A stretch of DNA of 62,855 nt, the filler included, from Candidatus Woesearchaeota archaeon (GTDB lineage: Archaea > Nanobdellota > Nanobdellia > Woesearchaeales > WJIZ01), in the NCBI GenBank assembly GCA_018221205.1. It is 8 parts of 8 records of this genome, joined end to end, with 100 filler letters (N's around TTAATTAATTAA, not from the genome) between each part and the next. Parts side by side here need not be neighbours in the genome. Positions count along the whole stretch, not along the records: positions 1 to 4,185 come from JAAOYF010000064.1; positions 4,286 to 13,397 come from JAAOYF010000066.1; 6 more parts are not named here. The stretch is one strand, 5' to 3'. A program made the position numbers and the translations under genes. A model generated the notes under the pieces. It ran no database searches, was not told the origin of the DNA, and saw only the letters and a list, made by a program, of their open reading frames with translations. This document shows, piece after piece, positions 1 to 9,567 of the stretch; the first letter of the stretch is position 1, and each line of letters opens with the position of its first letter.

Positions 1-29
1 ATAAGAAATTCTCTTATGAGATCGGCTTC

Positions 30-2399
30 ATGGAGCCGGGTGATAATGAGATATTACGTTTTAAAATTGATGTGAACGCGAAATTCGACACTGTCCTGCC
101 TACGCAGATCAATTCTGATATCATCATATCTGAAGAGCAAGAGATCTTCAACATCACTGAAGAGATCATTATCGAGGACAACAAAACAGTCATCAAAGTG
201 GATGTGGAATTCAATGAGAGTGTCCTTGCAGCAGAGGAAGTCCTGGTCAAACAGTATATCCCGAAATGTCTTCTGGAGGAGATCAATAACTTTGTGGCTA
301 AATCGAACAGGAAATTCACGATCATCAATGAAGATCCCGTTATTATGTGGCAATTTGAGAGCATTGTCTCTCCAGAACAGCTGCAGCTCGAGATCGACGC
401 TGTCGCTGATGAAGATTGCCTGAATAAGATCAGGACAGAGATCTTAGCGAAGAAATTATTGGCAGAACAGGATGAATTCGACTGGGGAAAAGCATCATTG
501 CAACTGATGATCCCTTTATTCTTGATCCTTGGCCTTGTGTATGGCATATCCAGGCTGAAAAAGAAAAAGACGTTCAAAAAAAGCTGGCATATCGGATTAC
601 TGATCTTCTCGATCTTCTTCATCGCCTATAATGTGATCGATGCACTGAGCCTATTGCCTGAAAGCCTTGACTTCCTGAAGAAGTTGTTGTCATGGACGTT
701 CATGATCGCTTTATTATATCATGTCTCTTTACGCGACTTGCTTTTCCATGGCAAGGCAAAATGGTTCGATATCTTATTGATCACCTCTTTCATCCTGCTT
801 TCTGTCAAGAATGTCATCTACATCGCGTTCAAGACCTATGGCAATGAGATGTTTTTTGGTGATTTAGCACTGGTCATCATCAAACACTCTGAATTCCTGG
901 AAAAAGAGCTGTTCTTTTTCGGCATGGTATTATTTATCGTTGCTATCTTAATAGCCTGGCTGTTCTTCAGATTAGATGAGCCTTCTTTCGCTGATCTTAT
1001 CAATAGGACTGAAAAAAGCTTGGTAAGTGCGAAGACGCAAAAATTGTTTGTTGTTTTCATCCTATTGAGCGGATTCTTCATCGTGTTCTTCAATCTTTTA
1101 TTTGGCTGGTTCTCGATCGCGTTTGACGGTCCTTTTTTAGTTGTCATCTTACTGTTTTCCATCGGCAAACTATCTTTAGAGAAGACTGCTGAAGAGCCAG
1201 ATATCTTCATCGAGAAGTTCTTGAAATTATTTACTCATCGTCGGAATAGACTGATCGCTTTTTCAGCCTTACCCGTCATTATCTTCATCGTCGAAAGCTA
1301 TAATTATCTTGCGTATATCTTATTCAAGATCAAAAGCATCTATTTTGAGGTCATCGAACAGAGAATGCCTATATTATTTGATTTGGTTGTGCAGGATCCT
1401 TCTCTGGCCGGCATCTATATCCTGCAGATCGCTGGCTTGATCAGCGCACTCACGCTTGCCTTCCTTTTTTGGTGGCATTTTTTCCTCAAACGGGAGAGAA
1501 AAGAGAAAGTTTTCATAAAGGATAGACCAGACCATCCTTTTCTCTTCTCTCTCTTATTGGGGGCTTTCATCAGCTATTTAGTAAGGCCTGTTTTTAGCAT
1601 CTCTCAGCTTAATAACAGCAAGATCTCGGGATTGTTCCTGATGTTAAAGGAGATCCCTGCAGATAATCTCTTAATAATTTATCTCGTCAGTTTTTTGCCT
1701 CTCTTGAGCTATTTCCTCTTCAGACATTACAAAAGAGCCAATATACTCCCTTATGGAATGGTCCTTTTCGCTATTGCCACCTTTACTGGCTTCTTTGCCT
1801 ATGGATTCGGTGCACGCATCTTAGGACAGCTGCAAGGGATTGCGCTTGACTTTGGATTGCTGCGGGTCGTTTTCATCGGCATACTGTTCCTTGTCTTTAT
1901 GGTTACGATCCTGTATTCATTGTATGCTTTGGCAAGGGAGCTATTCATGCTGTTCGAGGAGGAATTCGGGCATACGCTTCTGTATAGGAGATTAGCAAAG
2001 ATATTCCAGCATCATGTCAAGGTGAGCGAACATGAGGCCAAGAAAATCAATGCCTGGGCAGAGCATCTGTTCGCGAAAGGATTCGAGGAATATATCATCG
2101 TCGAGAGATTGGAGAAACATACTGGCCTTCGGGAAAAGCAACTGGTGGAGATATTGGATATCATGGAGGAGAAGAGGCATGACAGACTGAATCATGCGAT
2201 ACATCCTTCAAGGGATCTTATCAAATTGCATAAGAATATCAAAAAATTATACTTGCGGAAGAAGATGAGGATGGAAGACATCATCGAACACTGCTTAAAA
2301 CAAGGCTGGACGCAGGATGATATCGCTGCTGCTGCCTTGCACATGCACCATAAACACAAAGACAAAGCATTATTCCATGCTATGCGAAGAGCGCTTTAG
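30..2399 (+). CDS. Large polytopic membrane protein, function unknown (may be 5'-truncated by the window edge)
   Basis: 789-aa ORF with an acidic soluble N-domain, many hydrophobic segments and a His/Lys-rich cytoplasmic tail. Confidence 0.75.
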   Translation: MEPGDNEILRFKIDVNAKFDTVLPTQINSDIIISEEQEIFNITEEIIIEDNKTVIKVDVEFNESVLAAEEVLVKQYIPKCLLEEINNFVAKSNRKFTIINEDPVIMWQFESIVSPEQLQLEIDAVADEDCLNKIRTEILAKKLLAEQDEFDWGKASLQLMIPLFLILGLVYGISRLKKKKTFKKSWHIGLLIFSIFFIAYNVIDALSLLPESLDFLKKLLSWTFMIALLYHVSLRDLLFHGKAKWFDILLITSFILLSVKNVIYIAFKTYGNEMFFGDLALVIIKHSEFLEKELFFFGMVLFIVAILIAWLFFRLDEPSFADLINRTEKSLVSAKTQKLFVVFILLSGFFIVFFNLLFGWFSIAFDGPFLVVILLFSIGKLSLEKTAEEPDIFIEKFLKLFTHRRNRLIAFSALPVIIFIVESYNYLAYILFKIKSIYFEVIEQRMPILFDLVVQDPSLAGIYILQIAGLISALTLAFLFWWHFFLKRERKEKVFIKDRPDHPFLFSLLLGAFISYLVRPVFSISQLNNSKISGLFLMLKEIPADNLLIIYLVSFLPLLSYFLFRHYKRANILPYGMVLFAIATFTGFFAYGFGARILGQLQGIALDFGLLRVVFIGILFLVFMVTILYSLYALARELFMLFEEEFGHTLLYRRLAKIFQHHVKVSEHEAKKINAWAEHLFAKGFEEYIIVERLEKHTGLREKQLVEILDIMEEKRHDRLNHAIHPSRDLIKLHKNIKKLYLRKKMRMEDIIEHCLKQGWTQDDIAAAALHMHHKHKDKALFHAMRRAL

Positions 2400-3658
2400 T
2401 CGATAAATTCTTCTTTATACAATGTTCTTTCAGAAATCTCCCCTCTTAAATTTTCAGTGAGGAGCTCTTTTGCTTTTTCTGGGAAATTTCCCAATAACCA
2501 GGATAGTTTGATGTATGCTGTTTCGGGAAGCATGTCTTCGCAGAAGATGCAGCCGATATCTGACAGTCTTCTTAAATTAGAATAGACATCTGGATGGACC
2601 CTTCCATAGAGACATTGAGATGTTATTGCTATGATATGGCCTTTCTTGATGTATTTTTCCAGTAATTCGTAATTCTTCTCATTCTCTTTTGTATTTGTGG
2701 GCAGATGCCCTAAACCAGTGGCTTCTAGTACTAAAGCGTCGAAATGTTTTGTTGCAAATTGCAGAAGATCATGGCTAAAATTCGGATAGGTCTTGATCAA
2801 TCCAACTTTTTCAGAGAACTTATCCTTGATCTTGAGCTCTCCTTCTGATTCATAGAACTCTGCCAGGAATTCAATATTGCTCTTTTTGTCCACCAAAGCA
2901 AAGGGCTCTGAGTTAATTGCCTTGAATGCATCTCTTCTTGAGGTGTGCATCTTCCTTGTCTTGGTAGCCGGCAGGATCGCACAGACATCATCATTCGAGG
3001 AGTGGTGCATGCAGATAGCGACTCCCTTGAATTCGGTTTTTGCGATGAAGTGGGCTGCACAGAGAAGATTCATGGCTGCATCTGAGCTGCCTCGGTCTGA
3101 AGAGCGTTGAGAGCCTACCACTATGATGGGGACTGGAGGATTTTCAAAGACAAATGATAAAGCAGCTGCAGTGTAATGCAATGTATCGGTGCCATGTCCT
3201 ATGATGATGCCGTCACATCTGCCGAAGCATTTTTTCAGGTGGTTTATGATCTTCTTATAATCTGTAAAATTCATATCCTCTGACATCATGTTGGAGACGA
3301 AATCACATTCGATATTGGCGATATCTGCCAATTCAGGCACCATCTCTACCAATTCATCTACTGTAAATTTTGCTGAGACGCCTCCTGTCTCGTAATCCAC
3401 TTTAGAGGCTATTGTTCCGCCAGTATGGACAACAAGGATCTTCTTCTTTCCTTTCATCTGCTTGAGTGGCTTGGGTTTTGCTGCTTTTTCTTTCTTTTTT
3501 TCTATGACTTTCATTTCCTTGATGTTCTTCTTATCTATGCCGATATTATAGCCATCTTTTCTCTTGATGAAGACAGCACTGCCTTCTTGAGGCATGAGAA
3601 TTCCCTCGATCTCCTTGTCTTTGGTTATGAGTCTGACTTTGTCTCCTGGATTTGCCAT
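2396..3658 (-). CDS. gatD: Glutamyl-tRNA(Gln) amidotransferase subunit D
   Basis: N-terminal GatD domain (DGYNIGI) plus asparaginase motifs TGGTIAS, HGTDT, GSQRSSDRGSSD. Confidence 0.95.
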   Translation of the reverse strand: MANPGDKVRLITKDKEIEGILMPQEGSAVFIKRKDGYNIGIDKKNIKEMKVIEKKKEKAAKPKPLKQMKGKKKILVVHTGGTIASKVDYETGGVSAKFTVDELVEMVPELADIANIECDFVSNMMSEDMNFTDYKKIINHLKKCFGRCDGIIIGHGTDTLHYTAAALSFVFENPPVPIIVVGSQRSSDRGSSDAAMNLLCAAHFIAKTEFKGVAICMHHSSNDDVCAILPATKTRKMHTSRRDAFKAINSEPFALVDKKSNIEFLAEFYESEGELKIKDKFSEKVGLIKTYPNFSHDLLQFATKHFDALVLEATGLGHLPTNTKENEKNYELLEKYIKKGHIIAITSQCLYGRVHPDVYSNLRRLSDIGCIFCEDMLPETAYIKLSWLLGNFPEKAKELLTENLRGEISERTLYKEEFID

Positions 3659-3698
3659 GCCTCTCTGCAGCTGTGCTGTATATAAAAAACTTTTGCAA

Positions 3699-3853
3699 GA
3701 GGTCTTTCAAAGATGTCAGGAATCGAAGACTCCTGAGCACACCGGAAACTCAAAGAGTTTCCCAGTGCCTCGGAGAAGAGCACAAAGGGTATGCTCAGAA
3801 ATATTGTTTCTGGCACTAAGAGAGCTTCGCTCTCTTATGTTTCGCTACGCTCA
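3699..3853. repeat. Multi-hairpin intergenic palindromic element
   Basis: Stems TCAGGA/TCCTGA (3716-3736), GGAAACTC/GAGTTTCC (3744-3762), GAGCA/TGCTC, CAGAAAT/GTTTCTG and TAAGAGAGC/GCTCTCTTA (3817-3837); shares sequence with 11978-12005. Confidence 0.7.
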
Positions 3854-3934
3854 ATACCCTAAGGCAATTTATCTTCTTTTTGGCATAAGTTTTATATAAG
3901 GAAAATCCTGCATGAATAAAAAAAGAGGGAATGT

Positions 3935-4185
3935 ATGTTCTCGAGAAGAAAAGGACAGTATTTTGAGATAGATGCGTTGATAGCGATAGCCATCCTAGTG
4001 TCTGGATTGATCTATGTGAAGACAATCAATATCGAGCCCGGGAGTTTCGACAGGACCCAGATGTATGACCGGAATGCGATCAAGCTTCTTCGGACAAAAC
4101 AAGTCGGCGATCTGCCGATAAATTATATCATAGCGTTGGAGAACGGCAGCCTTGCTGCTTTCACTGACCGTGATTTCTCTATAGC
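3935..4185 (+). CDS. Pilin-like protein with class III signal peptide (partial, runs into gap)
   Basis: N-terminus SRRKGQ followed by the hydrophobic stretch DALIAIAILVSGLIYV. Confidence 0.6.
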
Positions 4186-4518
4186 NNNNNNNNNNNNNNN
4201 NNNNNNNNNNNNNNNNNNNNNNNNNNNNNTTAATTAATTAANNNNNNNNNNNNNNNNNNNNNNNNNNNNNNNNNNNNNNNNNNNNAAAATTTCCATTTCC
4301 TATAAATTCGAACGTAGTGAGTCTATATGTGCGTAGCACTGGGGAGTTCAGTTCCTTAAAAAGAGCGAATGCGATACATCAAGAACAAGTATCAAGGGGG
4401 AGTTCATTTCATCAAAGCCGAAGGCTTATAGTGTTAAAGAATAAAGGGGGAGTTTTGTCGTTTGAACAGCAACATTTATAAATATATGACCATATATGAA
4501 TTCATATGGGGGATAATT

Positions 4519-4665
4519 ATGGCTAGAAAAACTGTAGCATTGAGTTTAGACCAGGACATTTATGAACAATACCAAAAATACTGTGAAGAATATCATATGA
4601 TTTTATCTCGAAAAGTTGAATCCCTAATGAAAAAGGATTTAGAAGGCAAGAGGGGAAAGTCTTGA
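4519..4665 (+). CDS. Small ribbon-helix-helix-like DNA-binding protein
   Basis: MARKTVALSLDQDIYEQYQKYCEEYHMILSRKVESLMKK fits a beta-alpha-alpha pattern; TATA-like TTTATAAA upstream. Confidence 0.65.
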   Translation: MARKTVALSLDQDIYEQYQKYCEEYHMILSRKVESLMKKDLEGKRGKS

Positions 4666-4808
4666 AATTTATTGATTTGTTTTCTGGTTTAGGTGGATTT
4701 CATGTAGCTTTATCTAACTTAGGTCATGATTGTGTATTTGCTTCTGAGATGAATAAAAGTTTAGTTGAGACTTATGAAAAAAATTTTAAATCGCCTGCTG
4801 ATTCATAA
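4662..4808 (+). pseudogene. Truncated DNA (cytosine-5) methyltransferase, N-terminal fragment
   Basis: TTG-started MKFIDLFSGLGGFHVALSNLGHDCVFASEMNKSLVETYEKNF carries motifs I-II (FxGxGG); stops at 48 aa, before the catalytic PC motif. Confidence 0.8.
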
Positions 4809-4812
4809 GGCT

Positions 4813-7800
4813 ATGCGGGGTGCATTTGTTTTCATTGTCTTTATTCTCTTAGTTTTCAGTATGTCTTTCACCAGTCCTGCTGAGGAAGAAGTAGATGTCA
4901 TTGTCCTTCTTAAAGAACCTCCAAAGCCCAATCCAAAAGTGTTTCACGCCATGCAGGAAGATGTCGCTGAGGAAGTAGGAGGTACGAATAGGCGGCATTT
5001 CAGGAGCTTCAATGGGTATAGCACACGGGTGAATAGAAAGCAGCTTGAGGAGCTGAAGAACAATCCTCTAGTCGTGGGAGTGTATGAGAATGAGATCTAT
5101 CATACGATGCTTGATGAGAGCGCTCCCTTGATCAATGTCACTAAAGTATATGGTATCACCCAAAACTCATTCAACATCACGGGCTCTGGCGAGACAATCT
5201 GCGTGATCGATTCAGGCATCGATAGTGACCATTCTGCTTTTTCCGGGAGGATTTTAGATGAGGCCTGTTTCTGCTCTTTGACCAATGCAGATGATGGATT
5301 TCCTTGCTGTCCAGATAATAACGCAACTGATGATAGCGCAGAGGATGACTTTGGCCATGGAACGCATGTTGCTGGTATTGCAGCAGGAGATTATCCTGTC
5401 TACCGAGGAATTGCGCCGGACGCAGGAATTGTCGCTATGAAGGTATGCAACGCCTCTGGATCATGTGCGACAACTGATATTGTCTCAGCAATCGATTGGT
5501 GCGTGAGCAATTCTTCTCTGTTCAATATTTCAGTTATTTCGATGAGTTTAGGAGGGGGAAGATATTTCAGCACGTGTGATGCATCTCAGACTGCTTTCTC
5601 GACTGCTGTCAACAGTGCAGTGAATGCGAATATCTCAGTCGTCATCGCCTCTGGCAATGGTTATTGGAGTGACAGCATCTCCAGCCCAGGATGCATCAAT
5701 AAGGCAACCACCATAGGAGCAACAAACAGCACTGATAATATCTCTGCATTCTCAAACCGTGCTCCTTTTCTTGATCTGCTCGCTCCTGGCGGAACATCGA
5801 CCGGGAGTGGAACTTGTCCTGATTCGTCCAGAATATGCGCGCCCTGGTTTGACGGCCATAACAAATCACTTTCGGGAACGTCTATGGCAACTCCGCATGT
5901 TTCTGGAGCTATCGCATTACTTAGACAGTTCATCAGACTGCAAGACGGCACTGTGCTCACTCCTCGAGCAGCAGAAGTCGCCCTTAATGAGACAGGACTC
6001 AGAAAAAAAGATTCGTTTGAGTCCCAGAGCTTCACCCGGATTGATATCTATGAAGCATTGCTGCAGCTTGATACTCTCTCGCCTACACTCACTTTTACAT
6101 CCTCTTCTGTCGCCAATAACACGTTTTCTAAGGAAGTGAATGAGACGATCAACATCAGTTCGACTGAGATCTTAGTTGCTGCATGGATCGATTATAATTC
6201 TACCAATACCACTCTTACTGGTTCTGGGACCTCCTGGTACTTCATCGCCTCTGGCAATGGTGCGTTCAATTATACTGTCTATGGAAATGATTCTGCGGGT
6301 AATATGGGTGTGAGTGAGATGCGACTATTGGAATTCGGTAACTATCTTCCGCAGATCAGCAACCTTTCGATCGTCTCAAACGACAGCTCTAATCTGACCA
6401 ATGGTACCTTAACTGCTTTTTTCAGTGTTTCAGACCAAAATGGAGATAATTATACGAATGAGACGAGATGGTATAATAACAGCGTGCTGACGAGTTTCCT
6501 TAATACGAGCACAGTCCTTTATGATTATATACGAAAAAACGAGAACTGGACCTTCAGCATCCGTGCCTATGACGGCATGAACTTTACGAATTGGCAGAAT
6601 GTCACAATCATGATAAGGAATGCTGTTCCTGAGATCGAGCCGATCGATACTCATCTTCTAAATGAGAGCGCGCAGCTGAATATCAGCATCAATGCGTCTG
6701 ATATCGATAACGATGCATTCAGCTATACCATCAATAGTACTGATTTCTCGCTTTTCGGCACATCATTCGTGTGGAATACGACGGTGAATGATTCGGGATC
6801 TTATGCTTTTAACATCACCGTGAATGATTCTCAAGATGTTGCTTCTATTCTGGTGAATGTCACTATATTTGATTCACTCGACACTGACGGCGATGGCCAG
6901 CCTGATGATCAAGACCCTGATGATGATAATGACGGATTGAATGATACAGTGGATTATCTTTTAGGGAATGCTTCTGCTATCAACATCAGTGAGGAAGCTG
7001 TTGTGCTGGTGAATGGTTCTTCGAATACTTCTCAAGTATTCAATTCATCATTGATCGTCAATATCACGGATAATGTCACTCCGATCATCGAATTCAACTG
7101 GTCTTTTGATAAAGGCAATCTCAACTTCTACAATCTTACCATCATCAGAACAGATAATGGAAGCAATTCCTCTCTTTTGATCAAAGGACTGCCTTTAGCG
7201 CAGCAAAACAGTTCAAAAACAGTCTATCTCCGTCGGCTGCTCAATGGAACAGGGATCTGTTTCAAAGATGCTGACATCGATTCACTGGATGAGATCGGCA
7301 GTACGTGCACTGGAAGTGGAGAGATATGGATCGAATGTCCGGGGAGTGCTTCAGGGAGAGTATGCAGCTATTATGCGAATAATAGCTATTACCGCATCAC
7401 TAATCTCTCTTATACTGGATTGAAAGAACAGGCGACGTATTGCGGAGATGCAGTATGCAATGGTGCAGAGTCCTGCTCGACCTGCTCAACAGACTGCGGG
7501 GCGTGCTCTAGCACCCCTAGTTCTTCTAGTGGTGGAGGAGGAGGCGGAGGAGGAAGTTTCACCATTACGGTAATCGATGAGAACAAGACGTTGAAAGATT
7601 CATTCTTATTCATGAAACAAGGAGAAGTGTATGAGGTCAAGGGAAGTCCTTCTGAACTTAGCGTAACGAAGATGAGCTTCACGGTGAATGATTTCATCTC
7701 CAAAGGGAGCGTTGTCGTTAACTTGACTGACAGGCCTGAAGCAGTGTTGAGGAAGGCCCATCAATATTTCACCATCTCTGCAGGAGACCAACTTTCTTCA

Positions 7801-8220
7801 CCACAAGTTGAGACCGCTATCCTTGAGTTCAGGATTGAAAAGGGGAAATTGAGCAATAAGAGTACGGTGGCTGTCCATCGGTATACAGATGGATGGGAGC
7901 AGATCAATGCGAGCCGTTTTAAGCGAGATAGCCTCTATCACCATTACCGCGCAACTTTGCCTGGCTTTTCCTTGTTTGCGATCAGAATCACTGATAGAGC
8001 TGAAGAGCAGGAAGAGCAGATCATCGAAACAGTGGCTGCTGAAGAGGCTGTTGAGGAGGTGACAGCAGCTGAAGAGCAGAAATCTTATGCCTGGATATGG
8101 ATTATTGCTGGCATTGCTGTATTATATATAGGCATCACGATCTTTGTGAAGTATGAGTTCTCTCAATTTCTCCGTCCGAAAAAGGCAAAAAGGAGAAAAA
8201 AGCAAAAAAGATATAAATAA
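4813..8220 (+). CDS. Secreted, membrane-anchored S8 subtilisin-like serine protease with Ig-like, Ca-binding, Cys-rich and PGF-pre-PGF-like domains
   Basis: Signal peptide from ATG 4813; triad motifs VIDSGID, GHGTHVAG, SGTSMATPHV; DTDGDGQPDDQDPDDDNDG; CGDAVCNGAESCSTCSTDC; LPGFSLFAI; C-terminal TM plus basic tail. Confidence 0.92.
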   Translation: MRGAFVFIVFILLVFSMSFTSPAEEEVDVIVLLKEPPKPNPKVFHAMQEDVAEEVGGTNRRHFRSFNGYSTRVNRKQLEELKNNPLVVGVYENEIYHTMLDESAPLINVTKVYGITQNSFNITGSGETICVIDSGIDSDHSAFSGRILDEACFCSLTNADDGFPCCPDNNATDDSAEDDFGHGTHVAGIAAGDYPVYRGIAPDAGIVAMKVCNASGSCATTDIVSAIDWCVSNSSLFNISVISMSLGGGRYFSTCDASQTAFSTAVNSAVNANISVVIASGNGYWSDSISSPGCINKATTIGATNSTDNISAFSNRAPFLDLLAPGGTSTGSGTCPDSSRICAPWFDGHNKSLSGTSMATPHVSGAIALLRQFIRLQDGTVLTPRAAEVALNETGLRKKDSFESQSFTRIDIYEALLQLDTLSPTLTFTSSSVANNTFSKEVNETINISSTEILVAAWIDYNSTNTTLTGSGTSWYFIASGNGAFNYTVYGNDSAGNMGVSEMRLLEFGNYLPQISNLSIVSNDSSNLTNGTLTAFFSVSDQNGDNYTNETRWYNNSVLTSFLNTSTVLYDYIRKNENWTFSIRAYDGMNFTNWQNVTIMIRNAVPEIEPIDTHLLNESAQLNISINASDIDNDAFSYTINSTDFSLFGTSFVWNTTVNDSGSYAFNITVNDSQDVASILVNVTIFDSLDTDGDGQPDDQDPDDDNDGLNDTVDYLLGNASAINISEEAVVLVNGSSNTSQVFNSSLIVNITDNVTPIIEFNWSFDKGNLNFYNLTIIRTDNGSNSSLLIKGLPLAQQNSSKTVYLRRLLNGTGICFKDADIDSLDEIGSTCTGSGEIWIECPGSASGRVCSYYANNSYYRITNLSYTGLKEQATYCGDAVCNGAESCSTCSTDCGACSSTPSSSSGGGGGGGGSFTITVIDENKTLKDSFLFMKQGEVYEVKGSPSELSVTKMSFTVNDFISKGSVVVNLTDRPEAVLRKAHQYFTISAGDQLSSPQVETAILEFRIEKGKLSNKSTVAVHRYTDGWEQINASRFKRDSLYHHYRATLPGFSLFAIRITDRAEEQEEQIIETVAAEEAVEEVTAAEEQKSYAWIWIIAGIAVLYIGITIFVKYEFSQFLRPKKAKRRKKQKRYK

Positions 8221-8294
8221 GTACTCCAGTGTAGAAAAACATATAAAGAAAGAGTACTTAAAGTTTATATAAACTTTAAATAAGTGGGATCGAC

Positions 8295-9509
8295 GTGGGG
8301 AAAAGTAAGAGAAGAGTCGTATGGACCATGAGTGGTGGTCCGACACGTGTCAAGAATAGGACTTTTGTTGCTGCGATCAACGAAGCATATCAACATCAAG
8401 ATGAGATTCCTGAGTTCTGGGGTGCAGTGAATGGACCTGTCGGTGTTCTTCGAGGCAAATTCATGGATCTGTATCAGATTTCTCCAGGATTGCTGAGGCG
8501 GGTTGCACATACTCCAGGATCGGCTCTCGGCTCTACAAGGAAGAAGTTCAAAAAAGGAGATATCACGCCTGAAGAATTTGCGAAAGCGCTCATGACACAT
8601 GAGATTACTGATTATGTTGTACAAGGAGGCAATGGTTCTGCAGCTGCCGCCATTAAAATAAAGCAAATAGCTCAGGAAGCAGGTTATGAACTCCGTGTAT
8701 ATCATGTTCCTAAGACCATTGATAATGATCTTGTAGGCAGCGATCATACACCTGGTTATGGTTCGGCTGCAAGATATGTCATTTTGAGGACAATGGGAGA
8801 TGATACTGATACTCATTCGTTGCCAGGAGTTAAGATTAATGTTGTGCAAGGCAGAGATGCAGGATGGTTGGCAGCATCTTCTCGATTGGCACGTGAGTTC
8901 GGAAGTGATTCTCCACATTTAATTTATGTTCCTGAAGTTTCATTTTACACTGATAAATTCTTGGAAGATATTGCAGAAATAGCAGGAAGGTATGGCAGGG
9001 CAGTAGTTACTGTTGCAGAAGGGATAAGATATCATGACGGAAACATGGTTGCAAGTGAGATAGGCGGAAATGGTAACGGTAACGGTAACGGAGAAAAGGG
9101 TAAGGCTAAGCTCGCCCATTATCTTGAGGATTTGGCTCAAGACAATATGGGTAGTGATATCAGGGTGAGATCAGATACATTCGGATATTCTTCACGCACT
9201 ATGCCAGGTGTTGTGTCTGAGCAAGATGGCATTGAGGCAGATATGGTAGGCGGGAGAGTGATTGAACTCGTTCTCGCTAAAGCAGACGGCCAAAGCGTCA
9301 CGCTTCAACGAGGATCCGATTTGTTCGGTTACATACCTGTTATTGGATCTATTTCACTCGAGGAGATTGCTGGCAGAACGAGACAGCTTGATAAAAGATC
9401 CATCGCCCAATCTGGCAATGACATCAATGCCACTTTTGTTGAATATATTAGACCTCTTGTGGGAGAGATACCACCTCTAGGAAAATTGAATCTTACAGAT
9501 ACTATCTAA
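8295..9509 (+). CDS. PfkA-family phosphofructokinase (Pfp-like, divergent)
   Basis: SGGP, GSALGSTR, GGNGS, PKTIDNDL, PGYGSAA, GRDAGWLA, VAEG motifs. Confidence 0.85.
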   Translation: MGKSKRRVVWTMSGGPTRVKNRTFVAAINEAYQHQDEIPEFWGAVNGPVGVLRGKFMDLYQISPGLLRRVAHTPGSALGSTRKKFKKGDITPEEFAKALMTHEITDYVVQGGNGSAAAAIKIKQIAQEAGYELRVYHVPKTIDNDLVGSDHTPGYGSAARYVILRTMGDDTDTHSLPGVKINVVQGRDAGWLAASSRLAREFGSDSPHLIYVPEVSFYTDKFLEDIAEIAGRYGRAVVTVAEGIRYHDGNMVASEIGGNGNGNGNGEKGKAKLAHYLEDLAQDNMGSDIRVRSDTFGYSSRTMPGVVSEQDGIEADMVGGRVIELVLAKADGQSVTLQRGSDLFGYIPVIGSISLEEIAGRTRQLDKRSIAQSGNDINATFVEYIRPLVGEIPPLGKLNLTDTI

Positions 9510-9567
9510 CTTCACCACTTTCTAATAAACCCAATTATTTATATAATAACTTGCTCAAAGATGCCTT

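Noticed and set aside
3594..3899. ORF-track frames across the gatD upstream region
   Set aside because: They overlap gatD antisense and the hairpin element, with no protein-like features
4341..4454. Possible mini CRISPR array
   Set aside because: The repeated unit is only 8-11 nt, far shorter than CRISPR repeats, and no cas genes are nearby
4765..4812. Extended subtilase N-terminus from TTG 4765
   Set aside because: Overlaps the MTase remnant; ATG 4813 gives a clean signal peptide
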